Source: Tubiluchus corallicola (Eukaryota; Animalia; Priapulida). From it: 64,000 bases of DNA. A model generated the notes under the pieces. It ran no database searches and was not told the DNA's origin. It was given only the letters and a program-made list of their open reading frames with translations. The stretch spans positions 1,178,001-1,242,000 of the forward strand of contig JAQGDQ010000008.1 in NCBI GenBank assembly GCA_030141605.1. Reading direction: 5' to 3'. Below are positions 1 to 64,000 of the stretch, piece by piece. A program made the translations under genes and the position numbers. Positions within the stretch are counted from its first letter, which is position 1, and each line of letters opens with the position of its first letter.

Positions 1-504
1 AAATTTACACAATCTGAAAAATAAAATGTTGTGATAAATAGCAACTAAAGAAGTTTTAAACATTGTAAACTCAGCATTATAGCTTTTATACAAGGGTTCA
101 TAATCAGTTAACGTAGTTTAGGTGAATTATAAATTCAAATACATGTTAATCAAACAAATAAATGAGTAAGATGAATGATAATGGTGGGCACATAAATCAG
201 ATGTTTTAGGATCAGAACACATCACATAAGCTAAGATATAAGGAAAACTAATCGTCAACGTTTTGCTGCTAAAAGATACTTTGTAAACAAGAAGATTCTG
301 CTTAAATACAAGTATTGATCAGAATGAAATGTAAGTAATGATTTTTTGTATAACAACTAGTTCTAAGTAATACCACAAGTGCAAAAAATGTGAAAAGACG
401 CATGAAAATCAAAAGAAAGCTAATGGAGTACCTGATAGTGATACTATAGAAAAGTTAAAGGAACTAGGAAGAAAAAAGTGGAGACTTAGTAAGCAAAAAT
501 GTGT

Positions 505-760
505 CTAGTTTGTCAAATACATTGTTCGCATGTAGTATTTAAATTTTTTTTGCGGCTATGGACAGAGATGAAATTGTTGATATATCTTGTGGAAGAGAGT
601 TCCACAATTTAGTGCCTGTAAGCTGTATGTTGTAATGTTTTTAATCCACGCGATGTGCTAAATCTAGGTTGGTAGTAGCGGACCCCTTGTAGCAGACCTT
701 GTGCTGCATGTGTGGATGTTTTGAATCTTTGTGAAAGATGCAAATTACACAATATTAAGC
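505..760 (-). mobile_element. 3' fragment of a CR1/L2-group LINE ORF2 (degenerate)
   Basis: Minus-strand translation across a frameshift gives YYQPRFSTSRGLKTLQ...GTKLWNSLPQDISTISSL...KKFKYYM. The 'KLWNSLP' motif is typical of CR1/L2-type ORF2 C-termini. Boundaries are approximate. Confidence 0.6.
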
Positions 761-1070
761 ATAACCAACCGCATAAAGCACTCTCATTTCCGATGATTCG
801 CCCATTCACAACTTTACTGCAATCAACTCAAGCCAACATGGGAAACCTTGAAAATCTAATTTGACCAGGCTTACTTTGAGTAAATTTTGCCTAACTAAGG
901 CACATACTTTCTCGGATAGTGGTGTTGGGCGCCGAGTAACCCATTAGCCGAAAAAGGGCAATTGGCGTAGATGGGCTAGCCCAAGTAGGACGCGTCGTAC
1001 ATGGGCTGCCCAAGTAGGACACTAGAGACAGGTCACAAATTGAGTCGTTAACCGTACTGGCAGCACCCGT

Positions 1071-2254
1071 CAGTGGCGTCGTGCTATAGGGGCCCGGGAG
1101 GGGGGGGGGGCTGGGTCCCCCAATTGTTTACAAAATGTCAAAAATTTTAAGGGTTTCGGCGGCTTGTAATGAGACTAATAAGGTATAAAATTAATTTTGA
1201 GGAACGGTGAAATCTCCCACTGTAGCACGATATGCGATTATATATAAACATAAGTATGATTATTGATTGAATCTAATGTCTAGATGGAGAAAGTCACTAC
1301 TCTTTGCACCTTCTACATGGCTGATCTCGATGAAGAAACCCTCGAGTTGGAGTACCGCTTGTTCACTCATGCTGTCGCTGGAGACTCTGTTCCTGAACAT
1401 GTCAACACAACTGCATTCACTCAGTATACTGTTATATAACTTCTTCTGGACTGGACAAACTTTACCCAAAGATCTCCATCGCATACCAGTTGATTCTGAC
1501 TCTGCCCGTTACGTCTTGCTCTTGTAAGAGATCCTTTTCTGCTCTTAAATTTGTCAAGAATGCTCTCCGCAGTACAATGAGTCAGTCACGACTGAGTGAC
1601 CTGATGGTCCATGCAGTCGAGGCTGAGAGAACAAAGAATATGGACTTGAAGTCTGTGGTTGAGCTCTTCTGGAGTGATATTCTGCGTCGTTAGTACAAAT
1701 TTTTAGTGCATTAATTCATATCTGTTGCTGTATGTCGCTTTTTACGCTTTAACCTCTTTGTTTTATCTTGGTGTAAACTGTAATACCAGTCATTGCTTTT
1801 TTTCTATACCCCTATAGTCATCCTGTAATGTATTCATGTTATGTTGTTGGCTTTGACTGTGTTGCTGAATCATTTAAAAATAACGTTTGTTGTTTGTTCA
1901 ATATCTTCATCTTGCCTTGGAATAAAAAGTTTAGTAATTGTTCGTAGAGTTCGTTTAGTAAAATATTAAATTAAAGGTACATATGTTTTGGTAGTCCTCT
2001 TTTCATCGAATCTTTGGATTCCTGACAGCTAATAAATACTTAATTAAATTTTAATTTTAAATTAATTTTTAATTTTAATTAAAAATCTGTAGCTACAGCT
2101 TTAAGTTAAATGCCAGTTAGGAATAAATAAATCGTTTTTCTTGCACGCAAAATACTGGTGTGGGAATTCAAAATTATACGTTTTTTAAACAGTTAAGTTC
2201 TGCCATTATATACAGCCGGGGCCCCCCTAATTTTTTTGGTGCACGACGCCCCTG
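1071..2254 (+). mobile_element. Internally deleted hAT DNA transposon nested in the 923-2949 element
   Basis: TIRs cagtggcgtcgtgc (1071-1084) and gcacgacgcccctg (2241-2254) match 13/14. 8-bp TSD gcacccgt (1063-1070) / gtacccgt (2255-2262). Contains a transposase remnant. Confidence 0.85.
1267..1693 (+). pseudogene. hAT transposase C-terminal dimerisation-domain remnant (ZMYM1-like hATC)
   Basis: ORF 1490-1693 reads ILTLPVTSCSCKRSFSALKFVKNALRSTMSQSRLSDLM, matching the hATC 'PVTS.S.ERSFS.L..IK..LRSTM.Q.RL' motif. The upstream part is frameshifted or truncated. Confidence 0.8.
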
Positions 2255-2291
2255 GTACCCGTTGTCCTTGTTTATTTAATAATAATAATTG

Positions 2292-2415
2292 AAAACGTCA
2301 AAAACATTGAATGATTTATTATACATCTGGTAAAACGTCAAAAACATTGAATGATTTATTATACATCTGGTAAAACGTCAAAAACATTGAATGATTTATT
2401 ATACATCTGGTAAAA
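2292..2415 (+). repeat. Tandem repeat, 40-bp unit x3
   Basis: aaaacgtcaaaaacattgaatgatttattatacatctggt starts at 2292, 2332 and 2372; copies are identical. Confidence 0.95.
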
Positions 2416-3007
2416 TAAAAGAATCTTATTTTGAGTTAGTAAAATGGCCAATATTAAATTTGGCTTCAATATTAATGTTTTTGAAGTGAGATAAGCCCAC
2501 TTCTTGGGCGATTCCAACATTTGCTTAAGGTATATCATTTTTATTTTTCACACTTCACAGACAGGTAATCCGTTTCACTACCTCTTGGACAAATAATTGT
2601 TTTCTACTAAGTAAACGGGCTAGCGAGCTATGTGCCCTATATAGTTTCTCTCTTTAAAGCATTAGATACTTCGTTTAATGTCATGATGATGTTAATGGGA
2701 GCTGATAATAATAATGAAATTATTGCAAAAAATGCATTGTAAATTGTCAAGGAGTATCCATCATCATTATAAAGTCATTGTTTTCTAAAACAAATTTAGT
2801 TTTACGTTTCATTATGTCATAATTCTCGACAGAAATTGCCAGTGTCCTACTTGGGCTGCCCATGTACGACACTGCTTTTCCGCAAATTTAGCACATACGT
2901 TTTACCGGAAGTGTCCTACTTTGGGTAGTGGATTACTCGGCGCCCTACAAGTGGAGTGGGAATGGCAGACGAATATTGATTTTTTTTTATTTTACTGAAG
3001 ATTCATA

Positions 3008-4296
3008 ATGGCAAACATAGCTAATGACAGTCATGAAAATCAATATCAACAGACTGAACTGCAAGAAAAATGCAGAAAATCCATTCAAGTTATTGCTCAT
3101 TCAGTTGGAAAAATTCTCACTTTGAGCACAAATGTGGAATTTCGGGAAACTTGTTTCGAAGACTTGAAGGTTAAAACACATTTAGTTATAAAAGCAATGT
3201 AAATATTTTGAATAATGACAACACTTGTCCAGTGTGTGTGAAATTTATTTTTTGTCCTTAATATTTTGCAATGCATAAAAATGATGGCAACAAGTTTTTT
3301 CGATCAGTTTGAAATGAAGCTGAAAATTGCCAATTTTCTTGTGACATTCTTAACATAGGTGCTTTCCATAACGGTGAGCATGTTGTGGGGTTGGTGACTG
3401 GTCGTATTCAAAGCATTTATCTGAACATAAATAGTAGAGGATTCATTGAGCTCATTGAAAGGTAGTTCAAAAAGTGGCCCAGGCTCTAGTAGTAATACCT
3501 TACTAGTGCATTAATATAGGAGACCTCTAGTGCATAAATATTTGTCTAGTACATTTTTGAAACGGCTGATCATTTATTTTTTATTTTACTAGTGTAGTAT
3601 TTTTACAGGTAAATTCTTCTAGAGAGGCAACTGCTCACATCACCAAACTGCTATGGACAACAGTAAAGGGAGCTTTAGGAGTTGTCCCACCACCTGAAGT
3701 TGTCTCCGTGAGTTTTCCAATATTGCTTTTTTGTTTCCAACTTGCTTTGAGGGACAACTTTATATTGTGCCTCTAATAGCCAGTATTAATAATAATCAAT
3801 AAGTTCGGATTATGATGGAAATTTATAACCAAAATTATTAACTGAACATTATTAAGATAGGTAAATATTTAGGTATTTCGTACAGTACTGATTGTTTGCT
3901 TTGGGAATTATCATCACAGGAAATTGTGTCAAAAGAAGCAACACATTCAGCTAGTGAGCCAAGAAGTGAAGAGCTAGTTAACCAAGACGAAGAGAAACCA
4001 CCTAATGATAACACAAGCCAAGCAAGAGTGGAATATTTGAATTTTAAAACTCAGGTAGCAGTTAAAAACATAGTATTGAAATTATTTGCATTTTGTAAAA
4101 TTTAAAATTAAAAAAATATTCAGTTTGCTTTATTTTCCTGGATAGCAACTGACAGAAAGTAAAGGAAAATCTGCCGAGCTGGACCCAAAGACGTTTCTAA
4201 CCGAGTGGACACAAGATCGAAGATAAGACACTGTCAGCCGATTTTGAAAGCGAATTTTCTCAGTTTTGTTTGTTTGTTAAACAAGCAAATAGTTTA
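3008..4296 (+). CDS. Possible small spliced gene of unknown function, convergent with twitchin
   Basis: Candidate exons 3008-3169, 3609-3707, 3920-4054 and 4147 onward have ag/gt boundaries and join in phase 0 without stops (MANIAND...EDLK|VNSSREATAHITKLLW...VVS|EIVSKE...KTQ|QLTESKG...). An AATAAA lies near 4449. No family recognised. Confidence 0.3.
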
Positions 4297-6516
4297 ATTA
4301 ATGTACTCAGTTGTTTTGAATCTCTAAGCTATACTTAGTTTACTAAATACAGAAAATGTTGCTGATAACAGTTTTCTTGTCACTTTGATATTAAAAATGG
4401 CAAGTTACTTTTATATTTCAGGTGCTCATCTCAGCGGCTGACTGTATCAATAAATGTATTACTAAGTTGTGAAAACGAACTAAATTTTTAACTTGTTTAG
4501 CAATAATAAGGTTTAAACAAACAAAAAAATACAAGACAGTCTTTAATTTGTATATTGTACAATCAACAGCATAATTTATTAGCAGCACATTAAATAGCTA
4601 TAACATTTGCATGATTCCCCATAAGTTTCCAAAAGATAAATAATAGTAATAATATACACATATAAAATAATTAATATCGATATATATTTATATCTCAAAT
4701 TGTATCAGTGTCAAAGTCATACAGAAAAAAGGTATACTGTGGTGCGGACTAGACTTTGATATCATTTCGTAAAGTATTTACAATTTTAATTCAAGCACTT
4801 GGGTGTAACATGATTGAACGCTTAGCTACAGTTATTTGGCTTTAATTTTTTGTAAATTACTCAAGCTGATAAATACAGAAACAATCCCAAAATAAAAGGG
4901 CAAATAAACCATAGTAAGGCACCTGCAAAAAAGCAGGTACCATGTTTCCACTTGTGATGTTAGAACAAATCTGCTTGGCACAAATACAAATCTGCTTGGC
5001 ACAAGTCAGCAAGATTAATACCTGCCATGTGATGACTAGATTTTAATAATAATCATTAAAAAACAATAACAACTAATTTGTTGACTAAAGTTCCACTGAG
5101 AAGGTACCAGGGGGTTATATAACAGACTTAAAAAAAGAAAAACAAAAACAGTCACTTTATATGAGCAAACTATCTGTAGCACCTATAGTCTGGCGGTGGT
5201 ATATTAACCAATGACCAACGACCAATATTCTCTAAAAAACGAGTTACACCCATCAGTTTACGACTTACACTACTCTAACAAGTGTAAACTTGTTTTGGTG
5301 GAAATTTCGTCAAAAGAAAGCAACAATGAAACTAACATATGACTGCGTCGAGACAATGTGCATCTTATAAAATTTAAGACAACAAACGAAAAGCCTGGAC
5401 TAATAAAAAACGGGTAAAATCATCAACGAGCAGTCAAAAAAAGAGAAGAATGAAACGAAGCATTACTAATCAGCTATACTACCATCAATAGAAGCTATTA
5501 AGCAATTCACCCCAGTTAATATCTCATCTTACTCACACTAGCCCTAGTATTGTCAGTTGGTGGTTAAATACATGTGAGTAAAACCAAGATTTAAAAGCAG
5601 GGAATTTCAAAACACTAACAGTAACAAGGAATTTCAAAACACTAACAGTAATGTAATACTTGACAGAGAGCAGGGCTTGTTACTAAGAACAAATGAATGG
5701 ATTGTTTACACAACACACAGAGCAACCTTGCAAGTTTTCATCTAGTTAAGAAGCTGTGAAACAGCAGGGGCACCTCGGTCTCGAAATATTGTGAGATGTT
5801 TGTAACAGCGGCAATTGAAAACAGAAGCAGGTGACGTCCAAGTTCCAACAACGCTCGTTACTTTATGCTTTCGTATTATACTAAAAAAAGAAAAATAATT
5901 GGATAAATGCGCTAATAATGTTTGCTGTAAGATAACATATTGCATTGAGATTCAGTTTGGGGAAACTATGAAATTAATTTTCGAGATAAAAGGCTTAGCA
6001 ATGTTTTAAAACCACATCTGTCGGGTATACTGTATCTGTTTTTAGGCAGTTTGCACGTTTACTTGGATGAATGAGGAACAAAATAAAATTTTTAATCGTA
6101 GCAGCTCATCATTAAATAAACCAAAAAGCATTTTTGGTTCCACAAAATCTGTGAAAACTTTTAGACTACAACTACAGAAAAAGAAGAAGAATAGATCTAA
6201 ATTGTATTTGTGTTGATGTGACATAAACAATCTTGAATCTTGAACTCTTTGACTGAGCATATGGAACAATGGTTACAGTTTTCAAGTCTGGCACTCAAAC
6301 AAAGACAAATGATGTGGCTTTCCTCTTGCTTGCATGTCTTCTTCCCCTAGCATATAATCAGGTAATTTCATGTATTCAATTAAGACTGAGTAGGTCTAGC
6401 AGGGTGACCAGAAAGTCCTGTTTGATTGGTAAATGGCCTTAGTGCTGACATAAATTGTATTCAAACCAGAACCAGTAAATACAAGAGAGAAAGTCAGAAG
6501 CATGCTCACTTTCCCT

Positions 6517-6686
6517 CTCCAGACCGAGTCACACCAAAGACTTAAAAAATGACGCTCTTAGTTGTTTGACCAAGCAAGCGAGTTTATCGAAGTAACGTGC
6601 AGGTAATAATAATCGGGATCATCTTGGAAATAAGTATTGAGTTACACAAGGTGTTGTCCCTGGACTATGTCATAAACAAAATTATT
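6517..6686 (+). mobile_element. 5'-truncated tRNA-derived SINE, same family as 25998-26240
   Basis: Colinear similarity to the reverse complement of ~26010-26181: ctccagaccgagt...ttaaaaaatg...gtttatc.aagtaac.tgcaggtaataataatc...cttggaaataagtattgagtt...aaggtgtt...gactat...aattatta. Confidence 0.75.
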
Positions 6687-7274
6687 AAAATAGATCTCAC
6701 TATGTGGATGGTATATCACTTTGCCAGTACTCCTAGCTCTAGCCCTATGTTTGAGTGGTGTCTTAGGTGACCCTAGTAGTGCCAAATAAGCTTTTTTAAT
6801 ACTAAATTATGCCAATGCTAAATTGCAATATTGTAACAAATTATTTGGAAAAGGCCCCTTTTTGGCATCTGTAAGCAACAAGCAGTACACTGCCCAGTTA
6901 CACAGCCAACGTACTAACAAAGTGAGTGGAACTTGAATGCGTGATAACGTCACACCTCCTAAGGCAAACATGCCGAACTGTAACATTAGGCTACCGTAGT
7001 GATTTACTGTGTATTAAAAGCTACAGAAATAAACTTGAGATTATAAAAAAACTTCACAAATTATGAAATTGCATGAATTGTTACTCTCGGATCAAAGTGG
7101 ATAAGCAAAAGTAATTATTTGTAATGTAGTGTAACATTTACGATAACGCAAACATTGTGATCTTAGTCATGATAGACCTTTTATCATGGCAAACATAAAA
7201 TAAGAAGGCAAAATTTTTAAAACATGATAAAAAATCAAACACATCTTAAAAAATGGAAAAATGTAACATTCCAT

Positions 7275-7294
7275 TTAAAATAAGGCAACAGAAG
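7275..7294 (-). CDS. unc-22: Candidate alternative terminal twitchin exon (ASVALF*)
   Basis: A long pyrimidine tract and ctcag acceptor (AG at 7296-7295). Phase-1 splicing from the ACAG|gtgggc donor at 8132/8131 gives ...KLTVT-ASVALF-stop. Confidence 0.45.
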
Positions 7295-8087
7295 CTGAGT
7301 CAAAGTAAAAGAAAAAGGAGAGAGAGAGAGCGGGGGAAGAATTTGGCTCTGCATCCAAGTAGTTTCTGTCGTCAATGACAAAAGCAAAACTGAATTTGTA
7401 GTCCATAGGTCTTAGTCATTAGTTGTGTATTTTAAAACGAAGTGAACATTTCTTATAGGCCGCTTTCATCCCCATCACATTACGTAAAGTACAGCATGCC
7501 ATAGCTTATAGACTCCGGTAGGGCAAAATAATGTACGTCTACAGCACTGAGAACATAATTCGATAAAAAACTTGTACTTGCAACACATCCCAGCAGGACA
7601 GTCTTTTCAAAGACTAACTAAAACTGATATAAAAATAGCTTTTGCACATAAACCAAAATAAATTGGGTCCATACTATTCCTACACGTGTTCCAGGATTAT
7701 TTTTGTTTGGCTGAAAGCTTTTTTCGTTTACACTTGCTTATACTACACCTCTCTCAGTTTCACCAGCGGGAAATACAACTATACATGGAAACTCCTTTTC
7801 CATTTTGTTGTGAATGTACGAATATGTAAAATACAGTCTACTTCACTATTTTTTGCTTAAATAAATATGTTCATGAAATTGTTGAAAACAAAAAAATGTC
7901 CACTTTAAGTGCAGGACACCTCACACCTGGTAGAATCAGTGCTGCGGAGAATGCACGCTAAGCAGGTGTGTGATGTCATTGCCAAAAAGTTAACATTGCA
8001 TAAAACTTCACAAAAGTATTGTGAAGAAAAAATGAGCAGACTGCACATAGCAAGAAATTGGCATGTGACAGGCAATATATAACTTTA

Positions 8088-63635
<55,548 letters not shown>

Positions 63636-64000
63636 CTAAATAACGACAAAAATGTGTAAAAAACAAAAAATGGACTCAAGTGAAAAGAAATAACTTAGTT
63701 TGCCATTAAGAACATACCTCTTTTTTTCAAAATCTGTGCATATAAAAAACCATTCGTCATAGAAAGCCTTAACCAGTAATGATGTTTAAAACTCGTCTGT
63801 ATCAGAAGATTATATAGTTGTTTAATAGCCTAGAAGTGGAATATCCATTTTTGCCTATAATTTAGATCGACAGTACTCAAATTGGGTTTCGCATGTGTAA
63901 CAAGTAAAAACTGAGCAAGAGTAGAACATACATTAAGACTGCATAGAGATCGCATTTTCACTCGTTGTCGCAAGAGAATCAAACATTACCGGTATCACAT

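Larger units (their letters stand above)
923..2949. mobile_element. Non-autonomous TIR element with TGT...ACA ends and 5-bp TSD (Ginger-like)
   Basis: Left end tgttgggcgccgagtaa (923-939) is inverted to right end ttactcggcgccctaca (2933-2949). Direct repeat agtgg lies at 918-922 and 2950-2954. Subterminal 30-mer at 994-1023 is inverted at 2841-2870 (29/30). Confidence 0.7.

Overview
AT-rich animal (probably invertebrate) genomic DNA with spliceosomal introns; nothing prokaryotic is evident. About 85% of the window is the 3' part of a twitchin/projectin (unc-22-like) giant muscle kinase gene on the minus strand. It comprises roughly 23 Fn3 domains in Ig-Fn-Fn repeats, an NYD linker, an intact kinase with autoinhibitory tail, and three C-terminal Ig domains; the 5' end lies beyond 64000. 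The most unusual feature is a Ty3/gypsy (Mag-like) retrotransposon at 9417-14274 in a late twitchin intron. It is flanked by a perfect 5-bp TSD (CCATT), but gag-PR (+) and RT-RH-IN (-) point away from a central tRNA-Leu PBS. It has only one full 101-bp LTR, and the other end is an inverted 44-bp copy of the LTR 3' end, so it integrated with two U5 ends. The two ORF halves rejoin in frame with no apparent loss. Also present: a hAT element nested in a TGT..ACA TIR element, SINE and LINE fragments, a 49-bp minisatellite, candidate microexons, a cassette linker exon with a PKA motif, alternative twitchin C-termini, and a possible small plus-strand gene. All calls were made by eye without database searches.
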